From Bacteroidales bacterium (GTDB lineage Bacteria; Bacteroidota; Bacteroidia; Bacteroidales; UBA932), in assembly GCA_016281015.1 (NCBI GenBank), contig JAEEHS010000074.1, positions 319 to 64,318 on the forward strand: a stretch of DNA of 64,000 nucleotides, written 5' to 3'. The position numbers and the translations under genes are program-made. Position 1 is the stretch's first letter, and each line of letters opens with the position of its first letter. The notes below the pieces were generated by a model that saw only the letters and a list, made by a program, of their open reading frames with translations, was not told the origin of the DNA and ran no database searches. Below are positions 51,118-58,881 of the stretch, piece after piece.

Positions 51118-51133
51118 CCGTTCAAAAACGTAA

Positions 51134-51180
51134 CAAATATACGGCTTTTCCCCGAATAATCTATTTTATTCTTAAATTTG
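51134..51180. promoter_or_regulatory. Divergent -7 boxes for pdxB (minus, TATATTTG 51134-51141) and the LTA-synthase-family gene (plus, TAAATTTG 51173-51180)
   Basis: Two TAnnTTTG matches in the 80-bp gap. Confidence 0.6.
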
Positions 51181-51197
51181 CATGCCAAGAGACTGCT

Positions 51198-52862
51198 ATG
51201 CTGAAAAGAATACTTTGGTTCCTCTGCCTTTTTCTCTGTTCGATGCTCAATCTGTATATGATGCATCGCTTCCAGGCATGGGAAGGCATCTTTGAACTGG
51301 GCGGAAACGACGTCTCATGGGCCAGGGCCTGGTTTTCCATCCTGCTGGATGTGACGGTGCTCTTTGCCCTGAGCCTTCCCCTCACCGGATTCCGCCTCAG
51401 GGGAAGCCTCCTGCTGTGTTTTTACCTCTCACTCGCCCTCGCCCTTTGCAATGTCCTCTACGGAAGGTTCTTCCACCTGTACTTCTCCCCGCTCCTGCTG
51501 CTCGAATGGAGAAACGCCTCGGACAGTTCGCTCATCACAACCGTCCTCGCCGGGGCGCAGTGGAAAGATCTGTACTTCCCCCTGGCGGGAATCGTTTTCT
51601 TCCTGATCTGGAGAAGGAGTAAAGACCAAGTCGGGGCATGGATTCCCTCACTGGGAGCCCTCTATGCCTTTTTCGGCATTATTCTCGCCGCTTCTCCAAA
51701 GACTCCGGATGACTTTATCCACAACAAGTCCCTCACGGAGCTCTACCCCAACAGTACCACCTTCCAGATTGGCCTGATGCGCTTCTTCAAGGCGGAATGT
51801 GAACGGCTCGGGACCACAACCCTCTCCCAGGAAAGGCAGGAGGAAATCCGCGCCTTCTGCGAAGACCGCCGCGGCAGGGTGAGCGGCAGGACGGCCGCCC
51901 CAGGGATCGAGAACCTGATTTTCATCCTCGTGGAATCCTACTCCACAGCATCCTGCGACCTCATGGTGGACGGAAAAGAGATTACCCCCTTCCTGAATGG
52001 ACTCAGGCGGAAAGAGAATGTCTATTTTAATGGCCATATGCAGGAGAATATCGTCAACGGCGAATCCTCTGACGGACAGATCATCTATATGACCGGCCTG
52101 CTGCCCCTCCGCAAGGGCGTTACCGTCTCCCTCGCCCGCAACAACATCTTGCCCGGCCTGCCCGCCCAAGCGGGTTATTCCCCGCAGCAAAGCAGGATTC
52201 TTGTCCCCACCAACCCCACCCTCTGGCAGCAGGAGCGGATGAACGAAGTGTACGGCCTCGGGCAGTGCTACTCCTACAAGACCTATCCCTGGGAAGGCGA
52301 GTATTTCCCCTATCTGGAAGATCCGCGGGTTTTCAGCTATGCCGCCCAACTGGATTCCGCCAGTGCGAAGCCCTTTTTCTCCCTGGTCCTGACCCTGTCC
52401 ATGCACTCCCCCTACACGGAGCCCCGCTGCAAGGACTTCACCCTCGCGGACGAGCGTCTGCCGGAGCCCTACCGGAACTACCTCATTGACTGCCACATGA
52501 CAGACCAGGCCATCGGGGAGTATTTCGCCCATCTGGAACAAGACGGTCTGCTCGACAAGAGCCTTGTCGTCATTACCGGAGACCATGCCCCCCACACCCC
52601 CTATCTGGAAATGGAAGGCCGGGTCAGCGAAGAGCTCCCGCTGTACATCGTCAACGGCGGTTTCGACCCCCAGAGCGCCCGGCAGGACACGATCCAGCAA
52701 GTCGACGTCTACACCTCGATCCTGGACATCCTGGGCTCCGACGCCTCCTGGCGTGGAATCGGCCACTCCATCCTCTCCCCCGACTACACCCGCATCAACG
52801 AAGAGAGCTGGCAAGTCTCCGAAGACATCATCCTCTCCGACTATTTCCGCGACAATCGCTAA
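51198..52862 (+). CDS. LTA synthase / alkaline-phosphatase-superfamily membrane protein
   Basis: About five N-terminal TM helices. ILVES, GESSDGQ, SMHSPY, ITGDH and QQVDVYTSIL motifs. Confidence 0.85.
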   Translation: MLKRILWFLCLFLCSMLNLYMMHRFQAWEGIFELGGNDVSWARAWFSILLDVTVLFALSLPLTGFRLRGSLLLCFYLSLALALCNVLYGRFFHLYFSPLLLLEWRNASDSSLITTVLAGAQWKDLYFPLAGIVFFLIWRRSKDQVGAWIPSLGALYAFFGIILAASPKTPDDFIHNKSLTELYPNSTTFQIGLMRFFKAECERLGTTTLSQERQEEIRAFCEDRRGRVSGRTAAPGIENLIFILVESYSTASCDLMVDGKEITPFLNGLRRKENVYFNGHMQENIVNGESSDGQIIYMTGLLPLRKGVTVSLARNNILPGLPAQAGYSPQQSRILVPTNPTLWQQERMNEVYGLGQCYSYKTYPWEGEYFPYLEDPRVFSYAAQLDSASAKPFFSLVLTLSMHSPYTEPRCKDFTLADERLPEPYRNYLIDCHMTDQAIGEYFAHLEQDGLLDKSLVVITGDHAPHTPYLEMEGRVSEELPLYIVNGGFDPQSARQDTIQQVDVYTSILDILGSDASWRGIGHSILSPDYTRINEESWQVSEDIILSDYFRDNR

Positions 52863-52877
52863 TTTTTTTCGAAAAAG

Positions 52878-52908
52878 TTTGGAACTTCCGAAAAAGTTCG
52901 TACCTTTG
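52878..52908 (+). promoter_or_regulatory. Bacteroidetes -33/-7 promoter of tRNA-Ala
   Basis: TTTG (52878-52881), 19-nt spacer, TACCTTTG (52901-52908). Confidence 0.75.
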
Positions 52909-52928
52909 CATTCCCGAAAGGGAAAAAT

Positions 52929-53001
52929 GGGGTATTAGCTCAGTTGGTAGAGCGTTTGAATGGCATTCAAAAGGTCAGGAGTTCGATTCTCCTATGCTCC
53001 A
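52929..53001 (+). tRNA. tRNA-Ala (anticodon GGC)
   Basis: Cloverleaf with acceptor GGGGTAT/ATGCTCC carrying G3:U70, D-arm GCTC/GAGC, anticodon arm TTTGA-ATGGCAT-TCAAA and T-arm AGGAG-TTCGATT-CTCCT. CCA is not encoded. Confidence 0.97.
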
Positions 53002-53004
53002 CAA

Positions 53005-53038
53005 AAGGCCGCTGATTATCAGCGGCTTATTTTGTTTT
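53005..53038 (+). terminator. Intrinsic terminator after tRNA-Ala
   Basis: Stem GCCGCTGA/TCAGCGGC followed by TTATTTTGTTTT. Confidence 0.75.
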
Positions 53039-53421
53039 GTTACGGTTTTTGGGACGCCTTACGTTGCCGCGTTGACAGTCAGAGTGCTGTAGAATTGTGA
53101 TTTTGTGTCAATGCGGCAATCAAATTGCCCTTTTTGCCAGAAACGTTATCTCATGGTTTGTCATCTGGTATGTACCATGGAATAAAATGATTCATAAGCG
53201 TTAGGATAGGAATGAAAAGGATTGCGGTGATGCGAACATTCTTCATACTAAAACAAAATATAAGCATCATCATCCTCATGAAACAGGTTTTCGGTTACTG
53301 GACTAAAAGAACTTAGGCGAGCAGAATGGCGGTGGAGTGAGTGCCATCGGGATTGACAACAACAGTTTGTTGTGCATATGCAGATAAACTCACCATGCAC
53401 AGAAGACTTAGATATATACGT

Positions 53422-53652
53422 CTCATGATGGCTGGATTGTCTGGAAAGACAAGGATGGATTACTACGCCAAAGCCGGCGCCATCTTCGACAAATATGGCT
53501 GGAACGAGAGCAATTCAGTTCTGTGGTACAATATCGGCGAGACCTGGATGGATGAGGGCGAACTGGCCAAAGCGAAAAAGGCCTATGAAAAAGCGGTAGA
53601 TTACGCCAAGGCATCGGCCGCCTGTACACGGAACAGGGGCAGGTGTGCATGA
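53422..53652 (+). pseudogene. TPR-protein fragment
   Basis: TPR-like SVLWYNIGETWMDEGELAKAKKAYEKAVDYA with ragged ends; too short for the parent family. Confidence 0.5.
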
Positions 53653-53673
53653 CGTACATCTTTATCATAGGAA

Positions 53674-53862
53674 CTACTTTTTATATCCGTCTTTGGTGAC
53701 AATGGGCTTGCCGTCGGCGTCGATAAGCGGGGTAAGGCCTCCGCCGTAGCCACGTCCCACATAGAGATAATTCACACCGGTTACTTTGTCAACGACGATC
53801 ATCGTTTCCGTAAGGAGATTCATCGTAATCTTTTCTTGAATGTCAAATCTGTCTTTTGCCAT
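53674..53862 (-). CDS. DUF6440-like small protein
   Basis: IVVDKVTGVNYLY..GYGGGLTPLIDADGKP signature. Candidate TAAATTTG promoter box at 53883-53890. Confidence 0.75.
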   Translation of the reverse strand: MAKDRFDIQEKITMNLLTETMIVVDKVTGVNYLYVGRGYGGGLTPLIDADGKPIVTKDGYKK

Positions 53863-54032
53863 GATGAATTCAGTTTAGCAAGACAAATTTACATTTTTTC
53901 TACGAGACTAATAGCAAGGCCGCAGACTTGTTCCGCCTGTCGGGCGCTTGCGACCTGTCCGATGTGCAGACGGGAGTTGGTGGGAGCGGAAAAAATGACT
54001 AAATTAGTGGCCAAGAAATCGATAGTTTAACT

Positions 54033-54753
54033 ATGTCAAACAAATTCTTTGACAGAAACTGGTGGAAGGACTTTGTAGTTGCTATCCTAGCCACTACCGT
54101 TTCTATTGTCCTGACCTTCGGCACAAGCAAATTGGTTGAACGTGGCAATCAGAAGAAAGAACGCAGACTCACTGCCTTGATGGTTATGAGCAGCATCGAA
54201 TCCTTTGCCCGCAGTATTGATGAATCGGCAGAAGTATGGGACCGGTTGGACAGCGTTGCCGTATGGCTGCTTCGCATGCCCATAGAAGAATATGGGCAAT
54301 TTCCAGTTCGTGGACAATGTCGGGGCATGCTTTTCACAGATGAACTGGATTGAAGAGAAGATTAACGAAGAATCTGTTGCGTACAGTAATACTCAAGTGC
54401 GGATATTCAATAGCTTTTCCGATTATCCCGGCAATACCTTCACGGAGAAACTGCTAAGGGATGAACAGGCGCGGAAACAGTTACAGATGCCTAATTCATT
54501 CAAGGCCTGGCTCGCGTACTGTTCAGATAATCTGCGGCGTATGAACCGCAAGAATATGAAACTGATAGGAATTCCGGAGGAAGAGGTTCTTGCATTTACG
54601 GATGCCCGTGCAGATGTCGCCATAGAGGAAGATCCCAGGCCGGATTATTCCGTATTTATGAAACCTCACCCGGACAAGGAATCCATCGACTCCAACCTTG
54701 ACTATGCCCTGCAGTTGGACAGCCTTAAAAACGGGCATCGAACGCAGAGATGA
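54033..54753 (+). pseudogene. Frameshifted membrane-anchored hypothetical gene (two ORFs, 54033-54353 and 54292-54753)
   Basis: The N-terminal TM ORF degenerates after ...RMPIEE, while another frame continues as a protein-like ...KNMGNFQFVDNVG from the same point. Confidence 0.55.
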
Positions 54754-54777
54754 GTTTAAAATGACTATCTTGGCACT

Positions 54778-55482
54778 GTGAAAAAAGTAGATCTCACCAT
54801 ATCGGGCAAAAATTGCAGGCTGTTCGGGTCTGACAAACCGGGATGTCTGCTCATTCAGCCATCGGCCAGGCATGAGAATGCAACGCTTGAGGCAGAGGCA
54901 GCACAGATTGCGGAGCTCTCAGGCGTCCCCTTTGTCCTGGCCACTATTGAGCTGGAGGACTGGATAATAGACCTAATGCCCTGGCCTGACGCCAATATCT
55001 CAAGAGAGCCGGAGGCCGGAAAACACGGGCAGGACACCCTGGAATACGTCCTTCTGTCACTGATTCCGGAATTGCAAAAGCGCTATGCCCCCCTGCCTGT
55101 TATTATTGGCGGATATTCTCTGGGTGGTCTCTTCGCCCTATGGGCATCGGCGCAATCGGACAGTTTCAAAGCCGTTGCAGTGGCTTCACCGTCTGTCTGG
55201 ATCAAGGACTGGATTCCGTTTGCAAAGAAGCATGCGCCCATGGCAGACGCAGTTTATCTGAGCCTGGGAGCCCAGGAGGAACACGTTAAGAATCAGGCCA
55301 TTGCGCGCGTTGGCAACTGCCTGAGGACGCAGTACAGCCTGCTGCAGGAGCAAATAGGCGCCGATAACTGTACCCTTTTCTGGGAACAGGGTGGTCATTT
55401 CAACGACAACGAAGGCAGGCTCGCCAGGGCATTTGCCTGGTGCATCGAAAGATTACTTTCAGACCGCGTAAATCATTCTTAG
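54778..55482 (+). CDS. Alpha/beta-hydrolase (putative esterase)
   Basis: Nucleophile elbow GYSLGG, SPSVW, YLSLGAQE and GGHF motifs. Confidence 0.85.
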   Translation: MKKVDLTISGKNCRLFGSDKPGCLLIQPSARHENATLEAEAAQIAELSGVPFVLATIELEDWIIDLMPWPDANISREPEAGKHGQDTLEYVLLSLIPELQKRYAPLPVIIGGYSLGGLFALWASAQSDSFKAVAVASPSVWIKDWIPFAKKHAPMADAVYLSLGAQEEHVKNQAIARVGNCLRTQYSLLQEQIGADNCTLFWEQGGHFNDNEGRLARAFAWCIERLLSDRVNHS

Positions 55483-55683
55483 GAAGTCGAAAAAAACTAT
55501 AAGATGCTTGCCATTCATATCCATAAGCTTTGTCAGTGCAAAGGTAGGAGGTCTTTTGGGCGATTTTTGTCCAATTTCTACCCAAATCGCAGAATTCTGC
55601 ATATTTTTCTATAATACATACCTTTTCAAGCAGGATGAAGAACATCCTTCATATTTCCAACCCGAATGTGTACAGCCGGTCCA

Positions 55684-56241
55684 TTACCTTACCTTTTTCA
55701 CCACTTTACAGGGATTGCCCACGGCTACGCAATCGGCAGGAATGTCCTTCGTCACGATGCTACCTGCTCCGATGACAGCGTTGTCGCCGATGATGATCCC
55801 GGGTAGGACATGGACGCCGGCGCCGAACCAGACGTTGTTCCCTACGGTGATGGGCTTGGTGTATACCAGCCATTGTTTTCGCTGGTCCGGGTCTATCGGA
55901 TGGCCGGCAGTGTGGAAATAGCATCCGGGGCCGATGAGAACGTTATCGCCGAAGCGAACTTTCGCTCCGTCCAGGACTGTCAGGCCATGGTTGGCAAGGC
56001 ACCCCTTTCCCATCTCGATGTTGTAGCCGTAGTCGCACCAGAAAGGCGGATAGATGACGCTGTCATCCCCTATCTTTCCTAGCAATTTCTCGAGGACTAC
56101 GTGCTGTGCCTTGAAATCCGTCGGCCGAATCTGGTTGTACTCATAGCACAGGTCTTTTGCCTTGATTACTTCGTCAAGGAAATCGGAGTCTTTTCCGGCA
56201 TAGTAGAGCTCTCCGCTGTCGCGTTTTTGTTTCTCGGTCAT
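55684..56241 (-). CDS. Maltose/galactoside O-acetyltransferase (Maa/LacA family)
   Basis: PFWCDYGYNI, GHPID and GAGSIVTKDIP..VGNPCKV motifs. Confidence 0.92.
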   Translation of the reverse strand: MTEKQKRDSGELYYAGKDSDFLDEVIKAKDLCYEYNQIRPTDFKAQHVVLEKLLGKIGDDSVIYPPFWCDYGYNIEMGKGCLANHGLTVLDGAKVRFGDNVLIGPGCYFHTAGHPIDPDQRKQWLVYTKPITVGNNVWFGAGVHVLPGIIIGDNAVIGAGSIVTKDIPADCVAVGNPCKVVKKVR

Positions 56242-56251
56242 TGTTTGAAGA

Positions 56252-56782
56252 CTATGTGAGGTTGACTTTCTCGAACTTGTAGCCCAGTTTGTCCAGCCAG
56301 ATGGCGGCGCCTATCTTGTACATCACTTCCACGCTGATGAGGAAGAAACGATAGGCATCGGCGGTGCCTGCTTCGGCGCCGGATTTCATTAGGAAATGGA
56401 AGGCTTCGGCCGATAGGGAATGCATGGCTGCGACGCTGCGCGTATTCTCCCTGAGGATGTTGCCGGTAATAAAATCATCCATATCGTCGAATCCTTTATC
56501 GCTCTGGAAGAAGCTATAAGGCGAGTCCATGTACCTGACCCAATCCTTATCCCAGAGATGTGCCACGGCCATCCCAAGATAGCCTGCACAGGCGAGGCAG
56601 TATTCCGGATAGCCGTTGAATTCATGTACGGCGTCGCCGTAAAAAGATGGCGCATAGCGCTGCCAGGCTTCGTCCAGGTCAGGCGTATGCAGCAGTGTCC
56701 CTTTGAGGTAGCCGTTACCGGTTGCAACTTCCAGGAGATAGGCGGTGAGGTCCTCGCGGTATTGTTCGTTGGTGGTGCTCAT
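56252..56782 (-). CDS. Conserved hypothetical protein (Bacteroidales)
   Basis: Coherent ORF from MSTTNEQY with protein-like motifs DAVHEFNGYP, GYLGMAVA and GFDDMDD. Confidence 0.7.
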   Translation of the reverse strand: MSTTNEQYREDLTAYLLEVATGNGYLKGTLLHTPDLDEAWQRYAPSFYGDAVHEFNGYPEYCLACAGYLGMAVAHLWDKDWVRYMDSPYSFFQSDKGFDDMDDFITGNILRENTRSVAAMHSLSAEAFHFLMKSGAEAGTADAYRFFLISVEVMYKIGAAIWLDKLGYKFEKVNLT

Positions 56783-56867
56783 ATCGACTGCGAATTTACG
56801 ACTTTTTCCGGGATTTAGAGCTTGCGCAATGTCTTGGCACAAGCAAGCATTAGCTTTGCAGCAACAA

Positions 56868-56987
56868 ATGATGTTAGCCATGCTTGAGATTATTATTTCC
56901 GTTGCTTTGTATTTAGGCGCTCTGGTTCTTCTGGTTAAGGGTGCTGTAGCTTACTGCAATCATGACCGCGTTGTCGCTGAACCGTAG
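56868..56987 (+). CDS. Putative small single-TM protein (35-39 aa)
   Basis: TAGCTTTG promoter box at 56851-56858, then MMLAMLEIIISVALYLGALVLLVKGAVAYCNHDRVVAEP. Confidence 0.45.
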   Translation: MMLAMLEIIISVALYLGALVLLVKGAVAYCNHDRVVAEP

Positions 56988-57266
56988 ATCTTTCACCGCG
57001 GTTCCAGGATTTTTTCGTACCTTCGCGTATATGATTGGACCGGTGGGACCGGTTTGTACCTCGAGGCCCGGCAGAAGACCGTCCGCCTGAGTCCCGTCAG
57101 CAACTTTCTCGCCTTTTTCGCGCCGCCATCTTCTACCAGATAGAGCGCTGGGAATATGAGCTGGACAAGTATAAGGTGTACGCCCGGTTCGTCCTTATAG
57201 ACACGGTGACCGGCTATAGAAGCCAGTCACAGGACTATTCGACGATTATTTTTGCGCGTTAAACGG

Positions 57267-57377
57267 CTAATAAAGGAGACCAAACATCCATAGCGGAATT
57301 CTAGCACCATATCCGGTTTCTATACCATCTACGGCTAAATAACTGTTGGGGATATCTGCAATTTGGTCAAAACACTT
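57267..57377 (-). pseudogene. C-terminal relic of a Bacteroidales AAA-family ATPase
   Basis: Minus strand reads KCFDQIADIPNSYLAVDGIETGYGARIPLWMFGLLY*, with no upstream coding sequence. Confidence 0.65.
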
Positions 57378-57423
57378 TTGGAAAAGCGAAATTATTTTCA
57401 AAAATCACTTTTGGAAAAGTGAA
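57373..57423. repeat. Two palindromic CACTTTTGGAAAAG(C/T)GAA boxes, 33 bp apart
   Basis: Copies at 57373-57390 and 57406-57423. Confidence 0.7.
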
Positions 57424-57529
57424 TCCTCCGTTTTACTTCTCCATCTCCTGCTCGCCACGGTGCACACCGGTCCATCGGCCAGCACCCGTGGGCTCAAACG
57501 GCCGTTTTGAGCACACCCTGCCATAAGAG

Positions 57530-57617
57530 TGGACCGGTGGGAACGGTTTGTACCTTGCGGCCCGTCCGATGTGCTGACGGGAAGTTGGTCGGAGCGGGAA
57601 AAATGGCTATCTTTGTG
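57530..57617 (+). repeat. Composite dispersed repeat / promoter cassette shared with 57036-57070 and 53947-54009
   Basis: 57530-57564 matches 57036-57070 at 32/35 by hand alignment. 57554-57617 matches 53947-54009 with about 10 differences in 64 positions. Confidence 0.7.
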
Positions 57618-57619
57618 CG

Positions 57620-57675
57620 CCCTCAGAAGGAGACGCCGGGTATTCCTGCCGCCCTCGGAAGGGACAAGCAAGATT
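57620..57675 (+). promoter_or_regulatory. Candidate guanidine-III-like riboswitch in the sugE leader
   Basis: Lies between promoter TATCTTTG (57608-57615) and the ATG. Contains GACG...GGACAAG and a possible ATTCCTGC/GCAAGATT pseudoknot. Confidence 0.35.
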
Positions 57676-57996
57676 ATGAACTGGATCATTCTGATTGTTG
57701 CCGGGCTGTGTGAATGCGGGTTCACGTTCTGCCTGGGCAAAGCAAAGCTCGCAAGCGGATGGGAGGCAGCCGGATGGTATGCGGGATTTGTGGCGGTGTC
57801 GGCGCTGAGCATGTTGCTGCTGGCGAAAGCCGCAAAGACCCTTCCCATCGGGACGGCTTATCCCGTCTGGACGGGCATCGGGGCCATCGGCACGGTGCTC
57901 ATCGGCATCCTGGTATTCAAGGAGCCCGCGAGTTTCTGGCGGCTGTTCTTTATTTTTACATTGATTGCGTCCGTGATCGGGCTTAGAATGGTATGA
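57676..57996 (+). CDS. sugE: SMR-family exporter, Gdx/SugE subtype
   Basis: MNWIILIVAGLCE (conserved Glu13), LPIGTAYPVWTGIGAIG and FKEP motifs; four TM helices. Confidence 0.88.
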   Translation: MNWIILIVAGLCECGFTFCLGKAKLASGWEAAGWYAGFVAVSALSMLLLAKAAKTLPIGTAYPVWTGIGAIGTVLIGILVFKEPASFWRLFFIFTLIASVIGLRMV

Positions 57997-58010
57997 CCGA
58001 GGGAATACGA

Positions 58011-58580
58011 TCAGAAAGAATTCAATAACTCCGTGAACTGGACGCGGATTTCGGCAAGAATGGAGCGCCAGTCCTTCAGGCTTCCGTCCAAGTTATCAGA
58101 TACCGCCTTAAGGCAGTAGAACGGGATATCGTACATCTTGCAGAACTGGGCTACGGCGTAAGCCTCCATGTCAAAGAGGTCGTACTGCTGCGAGAGTTCC
58201 TTCACCTGCTCCGGGCTGAAGGTCTGGGTGCTCATGAAATAATCCCCGGAAAAGACGCTGGCGCCATTGCCCGGAAGTTCAATGCAATCATGCACCAACT
58301 CGCAGCCGCCGTTGATAATACGGGTGCAGTTGACAATGGTGCCGATAGGATATCTGGCCGACCCGGCGCTGCCCAAGTTAAGGACAACGGGATTGCTTCC
58401 TTCAGGCAGCGTTTCGTGCCATTTCACCAGGCCGCTGAACATCCGCATCTTTCCCATCCCGGTGAAAACTACGGGGAATGGTACTTCGGCAGGAGAAATT
58501 TCATCTTGATCGGCCACAAACAGGACCACGTCACGGCCTTTGCAGCATTCTATGATTTGAGCTATGTTCGAGTTTGTCAT
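58011..58580 (-). CDS. Nucleoside phosphorylase / MTA-SAH nucleosidase family protein
   Basis: TGMGK, NLGSAG, SGDYF, DMEAYAVAQ and LKAVSDN motifs. Confidence 0.85.
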   Translation of the reverse strand: MTNSNIAQIIECCKGRDVVLFVADQDEISPAEVPFPVVFTGMGKMRMFSGLVKWHETLPEGSNPVVLNLGSAGSARYPIGTIVNCTRIINGGCELVHDCIELPGNGASVFSGDYFMSTQTFSPEQVKELSQQYDLFDMEAYAVAQFCKMYDIPFYCLKAVSDNLDGSLKDWRSILAEIRVQFTELLNSF

Positions 58581-58651
58581 TTTCGTTGCTTATAAAGTCT
58601 TGAAATGGTGGCAAGTTCATCTTCTCTTCCGATAACTGATGACGGGTTCAT
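58577..58651 (-). pseudogene. N-terminal relic of an AAA-type ATPase (24 aa)
   Basis: MNPSSVIGREDELATISRLYKQRK* (IGRExE motif), downstream of TACTTTTG (58673-58680). Its TGA overlaps the nucleosidase ATG. Confidence 0.5.
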
Positions 58652-58702
58652 TTTATAGCTAATTATTTGACACAAAAGTAATACAATATTTTTATTCTTT
58701 CT

Positions 58703-58750
58703 AGAAATCGGGCCAAAATGAGGCATTTTCCCGATTTTGGCCCGATTTCT
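58703..58750. repeat. Perfect 17-bp inverted repeat with 14-nt spacer
   Basis: AGAAATCGGGCCAAAAT (58703-58719) / ATTTTGGCCCGATTTCT (58734-58750). Confidence 0.85.
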
Positions 58751-58881
58751 CCCTTTCGGCTATGACCGTTTGAGACCGCGAACGAGTGCCCCCGCGATGG
58801 TGAGGCAAAACGGGGGGACAAATTATTTTTTTGGCGGATTGCGCGGGAATGATTAAATTGCACGAGATAAGATAAAACCTC

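Noticed and set aside
48601-51159. 852-aa plus-strand ORF spanning DUF4301 and pdxB
   Set aside because: In-register antisense shadow of two GC3-rich genes that share a frame; no recognisable domain.
57285-57340. Degenerate CCAT-N-CGG triple repeat
   Set aside because: Explained as the reverse strand of the AAA-ATPase C-terminal relic.
57529-57675. 49-aa N-terminal extension of SugE in the ORF track (also extensions on citC/G, citE, wzy, fdtB and the deacetylase)
   Set aside because: The extensions run through promoters or upstream genes; family alignments start at the downstream ATGs used here.
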